From the IMG/VR virus record IMGVR_UViG_3300024313_000009, positions 1 through 54,894 of that record: 54,894 bases of DNA. One strand, given 5' to 3'. The position numbers and the translations under genes are program-made. The stretch is from a virus (Duplodnaviria; Caudoviricetes). The notes under the pieces were generated by a model, which did no database searches, had not been told where the DNA came from, and saw nothing but the letters and a program-made list of their open reading frames with translations. Below are positions 1-9,684 of this stretch, in pieces; within the stretch, counting starts at the first letter, position 1, and each line of letters begins with the position of its first letter.

Positions 1-861
1 CCAGTCGTCGCACAATATGAAGTAACTGGTATTAATATCCAAACCGTAAATGGAATCTTATATGATGTTACATATATTTCTGGTTTTGATTTTAGTGTTG
101 GTGGTGATCCTTATGAAGTATGTCTTATACCTGTTGGGCCACAAGGACCACAAGGAGTAAGCGGACCACAAGGAGTAAGCGGACCACAAGGAGTAAGCGG
201 ACCAAGTGGTCCGAGTGGATCAGGTGATATTAACCCTCTTATTGTAAAGTCATCATTTAGTGTTCGTGATGGCTTACCTAGATACTTTATTTCTAACCCA
301 GCACTTAGTAGCTACCGCGTAGGACCACCACGAGGTACCGGTAGTTTGTCTGAAGGTGGCGGATGGAGTTCATCAACATGGCCAGGTGGTGGTGGTACTG
401 GTGGAATTTTAGATGGTACAAGTGGTACAGAAGATGCATTTACTCTACTAGGTAATGGTATTGTTTTAACAAGAAGTCTAGCTGCGGATTCAATAGTATC
501 AATCAGAGGTACTGTAGTAGGAGTTAAAACTAATGGCCTATATACGAATGATGCAACAAATTTTGGTATTCAATTATTTTCCCACGGTTGTGGTATGAAT
601 GGTCAAGGGGAACAGGACTGGGAGGCAATTTGTAATACTCAATTAGATTTTAATGTAACTTATGAAACATATGTTGATGGAGAAACCGGTAGGGCTGTCG
701 CATGTTTTAACGGAACGTTTTTACTTGCAAAAGGTGTCACTAGATGGAATGAAAGATTAATGGTAGGTTTTGCTTGTGATAGGGTAACCGCTGCTCACTT
801 AGGTGGAAATGATGTAATTATTACTTATGCTCTATTCGAAGGAGCTGATCCTCAGCCATAA
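1..861 (+). CDS. Collagen-repeat fibre/structural protein, C-terminal part (5'-truncated)
   Basis: Frame 1 is open from base 1 ([10 protein letters not shown]...[28 protein letters not shown]...) and continuous with the listed 346..861 ORF, so the start called at 346 is internal. Gly-X-Y repeats precede a globular C-terminal domain. Confidence 0.8.
   Translation, partial: PVVAQYEVTGINIQTVNGILYDVTYISGFDFSVGGDPYEVCLIPVGPQGPQGVSGPQGVSGPQGVSGPSGPSGSGDINPLIVKSSFSVRDGLPRYFISNPALSSYRVGPPRGTGSLSEGGGWSSSTWPGGGGTGGILDGTSGTEDAFTLLGNGIVLTRSLAADSIVSIRGTVVGVKTNGLYTNDATNFGIQLFSHGCGMNGQGEQDWEAICNTQLDFNVTYETYVDGETGRAVACFNGTFLLAKGVTRWNERLMVGFACDRVTAAHLGGNDVIITYALFEGADPQP
145..198 (+). repeat. 3 x 18-bp perfect tandem repeat GGACCACAAGGAGTAAGC (GPQGVS)
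   Basis: Read directly at 145-162, 163-180 and 181-198. Confidence 0.95.
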
Positions 862-863
862 TT

Positions 864-892
864 TTAAACAATTTCTTTTTTCTAGGTATAAT
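864..892 (+). promoter_or_regulatory. Putative early/middle promoter TTAAAC-N17-TATAAT
   Basis: TTAAAC 864-869, TATAAT 887-892; the same hexamers and spacing occur at 9599-9627. Confidence 0.55.
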
Positions 893-912
893 AACTATAA
901 AAGAATAATAGT

Positions 913-1404
913 ATGGAAAACACAGAGGAAAAGAAACTCCAGTGGATTAAGGGTGATAAGTTAGGTAATGTAGAAATAGTCAAGGGTGTTGATAATGAAT
1001 GGACTATATTTAATAGTGGTGGTAGGATAGCAACAAATTTACTTAGTGAATTTTTAGAACCTTTAGATGGTGAACCTTTAGATTTTAATCCACCTACACC
1101 AGCATCAACAAAGGCAGCCAAGGTATATAAAGAAAAATTACCACCACAAAAAGAAACCTCATCTCCAATAAGAACTCTTTTTGATAAGCAGAAAAAGAAT
1201 GATAAAGTAAAACTGAATCTTTCATTTCCAATAAACGTTCCTAAAAAAGCTATATATGAAATTATCAGCTCTTCGTTTGATACCGAAGAAGTAAATGATG
1301 AATTAGAATCCTTTATTAAAAATCAAATATCAGAAGACTTAATTTTAGATAGTCTTTTTGACAGCATTAAGGAATTAATTAAAACTAGATATAAAATTGA
1401 CTAA
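913..1404 (+). CDS. Hypothetical protein
   Basis: 163-aa ORF with A-rich leader and phage-typical codon usage; no family recognised. Confidence 0.8.
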   Translation: MENTEEKKLQWIKGDKLGNVEIVKGVDNEWTIFNSGGRIATNLLSEFLEPLDGEPLDFNPPTPASTKAAKVYKEKLPPQKETSSPIRTLFDKQKKNDKVKLNLSFPINVPKKAIYEIISSSFDTEEVNDELESFIKNQISEDLILDSLFDSIKELIKTRYKID

Positions 1405-1440
1405 GCAATTTAAGGTATAATATATAATAAAATCAATCAT

Positions 1441-1815
1441 ATGACACAAGCACCAAATAGAAGACAGAGAAGATTAGCGATGAAGTACCAAGGACTTCTA
1501 AAAGCTAAAAGTAAATTACCATTTCATAAGTGGATGGAATTTACAAGAGAGAATATTGAAAGAGGTAAGGAAATACATGCAGCTAATGTTGATAGTGTTG
1601 ACAAAAAAATAGCATCTCAATTAGAAGCAGCAGAAGAAAGACAAATAGAAGTGTGGAGAGAAGTTGGTTATGATGAATCTGAAATTAAAATGTTAAGAGA
1701 AGCTAATGCCATCTTAATGGTTAAGAATAAAGAAACTTGGAAGGCTGATAAAAAGGAAGCTAGACAAATAATGAAAGATGCAAGAGAATCTTTAAATAAA
1801 AGATTAAATGGTTAA
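1441..1815 (+). CDS. Hypothetical basic, helical protein (N-terminal NRRQRR motif)
   Basis: 124-aa ORF preceded by TATAAT (1416-1421) and AATATATAA (1419-1427). Confidence 0.8.
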   Translation: MTQAPNRRQRRLAMKYQGLLKAKSKLPFHKWMEFTRENIERGKEIHAANVDSVDKKIASQLEAAEERQIEVWREVGYDESEIKMLREANAILMVKNKETWKADKKEARQIMKDARESLNKRLNG

Positions 1816-2137
1816 AATTGTTTTAGAGCCTGCAAGAAATGGTGTTATCAAAAGAGTGATTGACGATAATCATGGTGGAGGTAGAGAACAATGGACCTCG
1901 ACCGATGTATATGAATCAAATGATGAGCATAGAAATAAATATGAATACATCATGCGATTCTTTTGGGAACTTTGCGAAGACATAGGATTAGAGTGCGGTA
2001 ACAAATTTGAAAAAGATTGCTTACGGATCAAAACTGAATGGGGTACTCACTATGAACCTAACCAAAAAGAGGTGGATAGTAAAATAAGAGAACTCCAAGC
2101 AGAGATCGATTTATTGAAAGAATGGAAACAGAAATAG
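1808..2137 (+). CDS. Hypothetical protein with C-terminal coiled coil
   Basis: 109 aa; overlaps both neighbours, consistent with translational coupling. Confidence 0.75.
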   Translation: MVKIVLEPARNGVIKRVIDDNHGGGREQWTSTDVYESNDEHRNKYEYIMRFFWELCEDIGLECGNKFEKDCLRIKTEWGTHYEPNQKEVDSKIRELQAEIDLLKEWKQK

Positions 2138-2511
2138 AATTTAATTTTATATACTCTAAGGATGCAATAAAAGTAAAAAAGTTTTTAGGCAGTGTACCAA
2201 GAAATATTGAATGTATAAGTTATATGGATATTTTTAACAAGCTTACAAAAAATGACTTTTATCAATATGAACCGTCTGATGCCGTAGTATCATCTTACTT
2301 AATGAGGCAGTTACAGACAGTCTTAGGTAGGAACACTACAACTTCTATTTTTTATGTTTTAGGAAATCTTAATAAAGGAACTATAATTGGTGTAAAAAAA
2401 TATGTAGAATCTTTAACTGATAGGGCTATATATTATAACATATATCATTCACCTGATATTAATGTAAACGGTACGGCTGAATTATTTAAAGATGCTGTAG
2501 AGTTTGAATGA
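2122..2511 (+). CDS. Hypothetical protein
   Basis: 129 aa; ATGA overlap with the next gene. Confidence 0.75.
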   Translation: METEIEFNFIYSKDAIKVKKFLGSVPRNIECISYMDIFNKLTKNDFYQYEPSDAVVSSYLMRQLQTVLGRNTTTSIFYVLGNLNKGTIIGVKKYVESLTDRAIYYNIYHSPDINVNGTAELFKDAVEFE

Positions 2512-3071
2512 AAGCCCATAGGATATTTACAAAAGGACAAACTGTTTACTGCCTGCTATCATCTTTTAGCAGGCCTAATGTTTTGTTGCCAATAAAAGGC
2601 CTTATAGTAGATACCCAATGGGATCCTGTGAATCCACTATACCAAATACGTATTATTAAGATGTATGATAATATGAAGTATCTTAAGTCTAATTTTTTTG
2701 ATATGAACTTTAAATATGAATTTGATAATAGAGCCAGAAAAATGCCTATTAAAAAAGAAGACTTTAAAAATAAAAGTTTATTAGAGGAAAGATTTAATGA
2801 AAGTGATAGGGAACGGTTTTATGTAATAGTAGAATCGGTTATGTGCAAAAAAACTAAAAATGATTTACAAGGTTTATTTGAAAAGGTTCAGTTTTATATA
2901 ATATCAAAAAATCTAAAAGAAATAAGAGACATATCATCAAGGCCTTTTTTTAAAGGTTCTCTTTCAACTGATAGTTCACAAGAGTTTAATATTAGGTTTA
3001 AAAAAGGCTGGAGCGATAAGTTTAAAAATGGAGATATTGACATTGATAAGTATCTCAACAGCTTAAGCTGA
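2508..3071 (+). CDS. Hypothetical protein (possible SH3/KOW-like N-terminus)
   Basis: 187 aa; FTKGQTVY start resembles KOW/SH3 barrels (weak). Confidence 0.75.
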   Translation: MKAHRIFTKGQTVYCLLSSFSRPNVLLPIKGLIVDTQWDPVNPLYQIRIIKMYDNMKYLKSNFFDMNFKYEFDNRARKMPIKKEDFKNKSLLEERFNESDRERFYVIVESVMCKKTKNDLQGLFEKVQFYIISKNLKEIRDISSRPFFKGSLSTDSSQEFNIRFKKGWSDKFKNGDIDIDKYLNSLS

Positions 3072-3096
3072 ATATATACTAAAAATAGACTATTAT

Positions 3097-4887
3097 ATGG
3101 GATTCTCTGATAAGATAGGAAAACTTAACGATGCATTATTTCCAACCAACCCAAGCAAAGAAACCGACCAAATAGTTGGGGCGTTTGGTGGCGAATCATT
3201 TGGGTTTGCACATGGGGTAGATACACTGTTTGCAAAAAACTTTTATACACAAGGTGCTGTGCCTGATGTATTTGGTGTAGCTGTAGGTATGAATTCTGTT
3301 ATTCCTAGATCTATTTTTAATAGATATGCTTTATTTAATTTTAGGGGATTGTATGGCGGTTTAACCGGAGGAGAAGTTTTTAATGGGTTTCATGATCAGC
3401 CAGATAATCCTGCTATGGGTGGTGCTGATGCTAGAAATGTATCTATTGCTAAACTCATAGATTACTTTAATACTAATTATCCTAGAATATCTTATACCGC
3501 GCAAGATTTTCTTTATTGTAAATATTATAAACAAGTTCCGGTTAATCATCTGATTACATTGAGAAGGTTCCCTACTCCGGTAAATGATAACATATTTGAT
3601 TTATCTGTTTCTCCTGGGTCTAAAGATCCTAAAGCACCTAAACCAGGTGAAGCTGTAGATGCTACACAGACTGCTGGTGTTACTGCTGTTACTTATATGG
3701 GTGAAGCGGCTGGAAATAAACTAGATGATATTTTAACAATGTCTTATGGATTAAACTATAAGGAAGTTAAATCTGAAATGGAAGATATTAGTAGTGGTGA
3801 TGGTGGTTATACGTCTCAACCTTTTTATTCCAAAATGGGTGGTGTTGGTAAAGCAACCGCTGATGCATTTAAAGGAATTAGTTCAAGACAAAAATTTGCT
3901 AAACAGAATATGTCTACTGGTGATAAGCTAGGAACTACTTATGCTAACTTTGTAATAGGACCAGTTAATGTTATTGATTCAACTAACGTTAGAGATCGTG
4001 GTATGAAATTTTCAAATGACTTAAAACTTAATTTTGAATATGAACTTAAATCTCTTAATTATGTTAATCCTAAAATTGCAATGATTGACATTATAAGTAA
4101 CATGTTAACTATGACTTATAATAATGGTCAATTCTTTGGAGGAGGACAGAGGTACTATGGTAGTGCTGGTGCAGTAGCTAGTCAGTTTGGAGATATTAAT
4201 AAATTAAAACAAGGTGATTTTAGTGGATATATTGGAAGTGTAGTTACTGATGTTGAAACTGGATTTAAAAATGTGTTTGGTGGTGGAACTGGTGAATTTA
4301 ATTTAGAAAATGGTGTAGAAGGATTACTTAAGGTTGGTAAGACTATGTTAGGTAATATGCTAGGTGGATTTTTAAGTGATAATGTTGGGGCAGTTTCTGG
4401 TACACAAGCATCTAAAGCTTTAATAAGTGCGGAACCTACTGGTGATTGGCACGTGACTGTTGGTAATCCATTAAATCCTATTGTTACTATGGGTAACATG
4501 TATTGTGATAATTCAACAATGACGTTAGGTCATGGCTTAGGATATGATGATTTCCCTATGGAAGTTAAATTTGAAATTGATCTTAAGCACGGTAAGCCTA
4601 GAGATAAAGGTGATATAGAAAACATGTTTAATGCTGGTCGTGGTAGAATTTACGCGTCTGCTCAAGGTGAAGAGGATATTTTAAATTTAGCCGGTGAAGA
4701 CATTGCAACATACGGATCAGTTAAGGCAGGTAATTATAAAAAAGGATTACAACCTACACAAGGTGGTTCAACATCTAATGTAAAGAATAGTAAAATAAGT
4801 AACATAAAAAGCAATCCTAATAAACAAGCTACTAGTGATAGTGCAGAATATATTTCTAATACAGTAAGTATGTTTATAGATTCATAA
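3097..4887 (+). CDS. Virion structural protein, probable baseplate/tail-tube initiator (gp48/gp54-like)
   Basis: 596 aa, first gene of the baseplate cluster; Gly-rich helical linkers and tube-fold-like C-terminus (WHVTVGNPLNP...MEVKFEIDLKHG). Assigned mainly by synteny. Confidence 0.5.
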   Translation: MGFSDKIGKLNDALFPTNPSKETDQIVGAFGGESFGFAHGVDTLFAKNFYTQGAVPDVFGVAVGMNSVIPRSIFNRYALFNFRGLYGGLTGGEVFNGFHDQPDNPAMGGADARNVSIAKLIDYFNTNYPRISYTAQDFLYCKYYKQVPVNHLITLRRFPTPVNDNIFDLSVSPGSKDPKAPKPGEAVDATQTAGVTAVTYMGEAAGNKLDDILTMSYGLNYKEVKSEMEDISSGDGGYTSQPFYSKMGGVGKATADAFKGISSRQKFAKQNMSTGDKLGTTYANFVIGPVNVIDSTNVRDRGMKFSNDLKLNFEYELKSLNYVNPKIAMIDIISNMLTMTYNNGQFFGGGQRYYGSAGAVASQFGDINKLKQGDFSGYIGSVVTDVETGFKNVFGGGTGEFNLENGVEGLLKVGKTMLGNMLGGFLSDNVGAVSGTQASKALISAEPTGDWHVTVGNPLNPIVTMGNMYCDNSTMTLGHGLGYDDFPMEVKFEIDLKHGKPRDKGDIENMFNAGRGRIYASAQGEEDILNLAGEDIATYGSVKAGNYKKGLQPTQGGSTSNVKNSKISNIKSNPNKQATSDSAEYISNTVSMFIDS

Positions 4888-4901
4888 TATATTGAAAAGA
4901 T

Positions 4902-5444
4902 ATGGATATAAAATCATTAACATTAAAGAATAAACTAATCATAGATAAGACGGGTGAAGGTTACTGGGATCTTACAGCACCATCTTTTATTTATGATTCT
5001 GATTTAGGTGTTAGGGCTTTGCATTATGTAATGCAAGATCAAATTGGTAGAATAGATAAAATTTCAAATATTTATTTTGGTAGTGGTGAATTTATAGATG
5101 CTATTTGTGTTGTTAATAATATCTTTAATCCTTTTAGCGTTAATGAAGGTGATATTTTAATTATTCCAAATTTAAGTAGAAAAGATCTTGTTTATAAAAG
5201 ACCTAATCCTGCATCAAGGCCTAATGCAGTACAAGAGGCTTATGTTGATACTGGGAGACAAAGTGAAAAAGATCAATCAAGAATTCAGAGACTAATTGAA
5301 AAAGCTAAAACGAAAGAGGCTGGTGTAAAACAACCAATGCCACCGAATATGCTACAACTTGGACAAGAATCTAAAACTTACGAAGGTGGAAAAATACAAT
5401 TAGGAACTAACCTACCAAGCAGAAATACTAAACAATCAAACTAA
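4902..5444 (+). CDS. Baseplate wedge protein, gp53/LysM-like
   Basis: GRIDKISNIYFG...ICVVNNIFNPFSVNEGDILIIP is the LysM-like pattern of gp53/tail X proteins. Confidence 0.7.
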   Translation: MDIKSLTLKNKLIIDKTGEGYWDLTAPSFIYDSDLGVRALHYVMQDQIGRIDKISNIYFGSGEFIDAICVVNNIFNPFSVNEGDILIIPNLSRKDLVYKRPNPASRPNAVQEAYVDTGRQSEKDQSRIQRLIEKAKTKEAGVKQPMPPNMLQLGQESKTYEGGKIQLGTNLPSRNTKQSN

Positions 5445-5445
5445 T

Positions 5446-6942
5446 ATGTCAACGGTAGAAAGAAATATACTAACAGTTATAGAACCGACGATTGAGTTAG
5501 ATGAACTAGAAATGACTGATGTAGAAAGTGGTACTGAAAATTCCGATGGTGATACAATAAAAGAAAAACCTAGTAAGTTTTCTACAATGATACCACTCAT
5601 TAAAATTAATTCTTATGAAGTACAGGGTGATAGATTAGAAACGTTTGAGCTTAAGTCAGTTGGGTTTTATCCAACCTGTAAATTTAGCTTTTTTGATGTT
5701 GATGCTATGTTTACTGCTAGATTTTTTCCAAAGGATGGTGATATTATTCAATTGTATATTAGGTCCCAAGGAGAAGAGACTACATTTAAACCTATAAGAA
5801 TTGATTTTACTATTGAAAAAATAACACCGTTAGGTGGAGGTGGAGCATCAGATGAAGCTTCACAAATCATGGTAGATGGTAGAATGCATGTACCTAATTT
5901 ATTTACCGAGAAGGTTCAGTTTCAAGATAACACTAGTTGGAATTCTTTACTTGCTATTGCAGAAGAATTAAAATTAGGATATGCATCAAATGTTGAAGAT
6001 ACGACAGATCAACAAATATGGACAAATCCTTATGACACTGCACAGAGGTTTATAGAAGATATAACATCAAATTCATATATGAATGATGAGTCTTTTTTCA
6101 CTGCATATATTGACCCTTATTATTATTTAACCTTTGTTGATGCTAATAAGTTTTTTGGAATGGAGGATGATTTAGAAACTAGCCAAATGTTTTCACAAAA
6201 TGCAATAGATACTATGGGTACTGGTGATGACGCTGATAGTGAATTTAACTTTCCTAATATGTTAAGTAATAATTTATCATTGCAGGGTAGCGCTAGATAC
6301 ATATCAAAATATCAGCAAGTAAATAATAGTGGTAAGATAAGTAAAAACAACGGATATAAAAGATATACACAATATTGGGATTTAAATGCAAAAGAATTTA
6401 TAAGTGAATTTGTTGATCCTATAACTAGTGATACTCCAGGAATGGTGCCTGTCACTAAAGGTAGAACAATTAATGGAGAAGTAGAAGGGCCTGTTAATGA
6501 TCAAGTTAAATTTAAGTTTTTAGGTACACAAGGCGATAATGTACATGATAATTATTATTATGCATCTATACAAAATTTTCAAAACCTTGCAGAGATTAAT
6601 AAATTAGGAATGACTATTGAGTTAGATACGGTTAATCCTGCTATATTAAGGTATAGTAGAATTTATTGTTCAATAATGGAAACTGCTCAAATGGTAAAGG
6701 GTACTTTAACTGCTCCAGAAAACGATGAAAATGCGCCTAGTGATTCAGTAAGAAGGACTGAAACACCTGATAATTTAGGTAGTGATGTTAATAATGAATT
6801 TGGTGTTATTAATGAATACCTTTCAGGGTTTTATGTTATTACTGGTATAGAGTATTTTTTAATAAGTGGTGAAGAGGCCGGTGGCGCTGGGTTAAAGCAG
6901 AGGCTACATTTGCGTAGAAGAGAAGTAACTCCATCTACATAA
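5446..6942 (+). CDS. Baseplate hub protein, gp27-like
   Basis: 498 aa between gp53-like and gp5-like genes; C-terminal YLSGFYVITGIEY...QRLHL resembles gp27/gpD hub ends. Confidence 0.55.
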   Translation: MSTVERNILTVIEPTIELDELEMTDVESGTENSDGDTIKEKPSKFSTMIPLIKINSYEVQGDRLETFELKSVGFYPTCKFSFFDVDAMFTARFFPKDGDIIQLYIRSQGEETTFKPIRIDFTIEKITPLGGGGASDEASQIMVDGRMHVPNLFTEKVQFQDNTSWNSLLAIAEELKLGYASNVEDTTDQQIWTNPYDTAQRFIEDITSNSYMNDESFFTAYIDPYYYLTFVDANKFFGMEDDLETSQMFSQNAIDTMGTGDDADSEFNFPNMLSNNLSLQGSARYISKYQQVNNSGKISKNNGYKRYTQYWDLNAKEFISEFVDPITSDTPGMVPVTKGRTINGEVEGPVNDQVKFKFLGTQGDNVHDNYYYASIQNFQNLAEINKLGMTIELDTVNPAILRYSRIYCSIMETAQMVKGTLTAPENDENAPSDSVRRTETPDNLGSDVNNEFGVINEYLSGFYVITGIEYFLISGEEAGGAGLKQRLHLRRREVTPST

Positions 6943-6969
6943 TGAATAAATAAAAAAACAAAAGTATAC

Positions 6970-8331
6970 ATGGCAGATCCAGGTATTTGGAACCAAGAAC
7001 CACCAGAGGAGCTAGCTAACTTAGCTAAAAACTTTCAAAAATCATTTCCTAATAGTTATGACTTTGCAAAGACGTTTGTGCAAACTGCATCTTCTGCTGC
7101 TGGTGGTGGTAATGGTGTAACTAGTTTAGATGATCCAACATACCTAGGTTTTAATGTTAGGTTTGATCCTATGTCACCACTATTTGAAGGCGCACTAGAA
7201 GGTAGTCCTGCTATTCCTGCTGGTGTAGATCCATTAACATTTCAAGGAGGTGATGCTAATAATTTAGGTTCTCATCCTTCTGGTGAATCTGCTGTTGGGT
7301 ATCTGAATAATCTAGGTGAAGTTACAAGGGCTACATATTTGAAAGCTTTCTGCCAGGGTCTTAGAGAAATACAAACAAAAAGACCTTATTATTTTCAGAC
7401 AATAGAAGGATTACAAGAAGCTTTTAATAAAACGGTTAATATGACACCGTATGGTGGAAGCGCTGAAGGTGAAGGAATCACAGTAGGTTGCCTAGAGGCA
7501 ATAGATTTAAAAATGGCTGCAATATTTAATCTTTATAAAGCTGCATGTTATGATGTTAAATATAGAAGAAATCTTTTACCTGTAAATTTAATGTATTTTA
7601 CATGTTATGTTGATGTTGTGGAAGTAAGAAAATTTAAACAAGTTAGAAATTTTATAAATGCCCTCAATCCTCTTTCACCAGAACCAGAACTTAGTAAATT
7701 TGTAAATGAAAACTTTTCAAAGATAACTTTAAAATTTGATGAGTGTGTTTGGGACGCTACTGCCAGTGGGCAAGTTTTTGCAGATGTTACTAATGTACAA
7801 GGTAGTGGTGCTATGACTACGTCATCTATAAAATGGTCATACGGAAGAGTTGAAATACAATCACAATTTGCTGGTTATGATTCTGCATTAATTGATTCAG
7901 CAAATGTAAAACCTAAAACTTTTGGTGATTTAGCAAAAGCAGCAGGTAAAAAATTATTAGATAAAGCAATCCAAGGAGCAGAGAATGCAATCCAAAGAAA
8001 GGCTTTAAGTTTTGTACAAGGTTTAAAGTTTGGTAATGTATATGGCTTAAGAAACCAAGTTCTGAATACCATTAAAAATCCACAAGGTTTATTAAGTACT
8101 CTACAAGGTGCCTTGGCACAAGAAGAAACTACACCAGGATTTGTTGACCCACTTGGTGCTAATATATTTGAAGGAGAGGCTGAAAGAATTGGTGGTAGTA
8201 CACAAAGTATAGAAAGTAATAATATCTTTCCAGAAGAAGATGACGCTTTACCATTACAAAGCAGCAACATATTTGGAACTCAGCCATCAGGGCCTACTCC
8301 ATTACAGAGTAGTAATATATTTGAAGATTAA
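6970..8331 (+). CDS. Virion structural protein (tail-tube-fold baseplate component, tentative)
   Basis: 453 aa inside the baseplate cluster; short C-terminal repeats (ANIFE, NNIFP, SNIFG, SNIFE). Confidence 0.5.
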   Translation: MADPGIWNQEPPEELANLAKNFQKSFPNSYDFAKTFVQTASSAAGGGNGVTSLDDPTYLGFNVRFDPMSPLFEGALEGSPAIPAGVDPLTFQGGDANNLGSHPSGESAVGYLNNLGEVTRATYLKAFCQGLREIQTKRPYYFQTIEGLQEAFNKTVNMTPYGGSAEGEGITVGCLEAIDLKMAAIFNLYKAACYDVKYRRNLLPVNLMYFTCYVDVVEVRKFKQVRNFINALNPLSPEPELSKFVNENFSKITLKFDECVWDATASGQVFADVTNVQGSGAMTTSSIKWSYGRVEIQSQFAGYDSALIDSANVKPKTFGDLAKAAGKKLLDKAIQGAENAIQRKALSFVQGLKFGNVYGLRNQVLNTIKNPQGLLSTLQGALAQEETTPGFVDPLGANIFEGEAERIGGSTQSIESNNIFPEEDDALPLQSSNIFGTQPSGPTPLQSSNIFED

Positions 8332-8334
8332 TAT

Positions 8335-9240
8335 ATGGGAAAATTAACAACAAAGGATTTAAAAGATGATAATCTTAAAGGTACGCAATGGATTGGTATA
8401 GTTGAAAATACTGATGATGATATCTTTGAAGGCCGATGTAGGATTAGAGTTTTTGGTAAAATGGACCAGAGAGAAGATCCAGAAGATCCAAGTAGTGCTT
8501 ACATAATGCCAACTGAATCTTTACCTTGGGCAAGACCATCAGTAGCATCTTCAGGTGGAAGTAACAGTGGAAGTGGTACCTTTTCAGTACCTAAACTAGG
8601 CACGATATTAAGGATAACATTTGACAATGGTAATTATTATTCTCCTGTATACCATGAGTCACTATACCCTTCTGATGAGACTAAGGCGGAGATAGAGGCG
8701 GCTTATCCTAATTCACATGTATTAATATATGATACAGCATTTGGGTTAACAGGGGATCTACAATCTGGTGATCCTGAAGTTACTAACGAAAGGGAGGGGG
8801 AACATATTAAAGTTTTCTTTACAGAAGAAAAAGGCTTAATGATGGATTACACGACAACAGAAGGTCCAACAACAGTAAATATAAAACCTGATAATTCAGT
8901 TGAAATAATAAATGCAAATGGAGATTCAATTGTAATGCTTAATGATGGAAATATAACATTTACTCATTCTGCTCAGTTTACAATTAATAGTGGTGCTAAT
9001 ACTGAAATTAATTGTGAAGATGCAATAATTAATTGTACTAACACCGTTGTAAATCATGCCTCATCTATTGAATTAGGACAAGGTGCAGTTGAAAAGGTAG
9101 TACTAGGAGATACATTTATGGCTCTATTTAATAAGCATACTCACATTGGAAACTTAGGGGCACCGACATCTCCACCACCAGCAACCGGTAATGCAATGAC
9201 TGCAAAAGAATTAAGCCAAAAGCAAGTTAAAACTCTATAA
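8335..9240 (+). CDS. Baseplate central spike, gp5/gpV-like (OB fold, beta-helix, HxH apex; no lysozyme domain)
   Basis: WIGIVE...GRCRIRVFG...LPWARP...FSVPKLG..ITFDNGNYYSPVY is the gp5/Vgr OB signature; C-terminal KHTHIG resembles the metal-binding apex of gpV-type spikes. Confidence 0.85.
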   Translation: MGKLTTKDLKDDNLKGTQWIGIVENTDDDIFEGRCRIRVFGKMDQREDPEDPSSAYIMPTESLPWARPSVASSGGSNSGSGTFSVPKLGTILRITFDNGNYYSPVYHESLYPSDETKAEIEAAYPNSHVLIYDTAFGLTGDLQSGDPEVTNEREGEHIKVFFTEEKGLMMDYTTTEGPTTVNIKPDNSVEIINANGDSIVMLNDGNITFTHSAQFTINSGANTEINCEDAIINCTNTVVNHASSIELGQGAVEKVVLGDTFMALFNKHTHIGNLGAPTSPPPATGNAMTAKELSQKQVKTL

Positions 9241-9266
9241 ATATATAAATTAATAAAACTAAAAAC

Positions 9267-9596
9267 ATGGCATTAGTAAAACCTGTATTAGATACCGCTC
9301 TAACAAATACATTAAATGCAGCATTTGCAGCAGCAATGACTGACTTCGTTACTGTTATTAAAGCTAGCCCTGCAACCGGAAACGATTCCGAGGCTATAAA
9401 TTTAACTGCTGCAATAGCATCATCGTCATTAGTATTTTCTAATTTAGCAGGACCCGGTATTTCTACTGCTGTCGATGCATACATAAGGTCACAAACATTA
9501 ATTGTGCCACCAGGTCAACTTGTAACAACCGCAGGTTCTGCTGTTGCTCAGGCTGGTGCAACATCCGCACCTTCACCACCAATTCCTGTTTTATAA
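9267..9596 (+). CDS. Small Ala-rich virion protein next to the spike gene
   Basis: 109 aa preceded by AATATATAA (9240-9248). Confidence 0.65.
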   Translation: MALVKPVLDTALTNTLNAAFAAAMTDFVTVIKASPATGNDSEAINLTAAIASSSLVFSNLAGPGISTAVDAYIRSQTLIVPPGQLVTTAGSAVAQAGATSAPSPPIPVL

Positions 9597-9598
9597 TC

Positions 9599-9627
9599 TT
9601 AAACTATTTAATATCTAAAGGTATAAT
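9599..9627 (+). promoter_or_regulatory. Putative early/middle promoter TTAAAC-N17-TATAAT upstream of the S1 gene
   Basis: TTAAAC 9599-9604, TATAAT 9622-9627; a late-type AATATATAA follows at 9647-9655. Confidence 0.55.
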
Positions 9628-9684
9628 AATTAAATCTAAACCGAGTAATATATAATCTATAATAACACTCTTAATAAAAAAATA

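Noticed and set aside
145-198. Tandem repeat as CRISPR array or contingency locus
   Set aside because: No spacers; in-frame 18-bp units encoding collagen GPQGVS.
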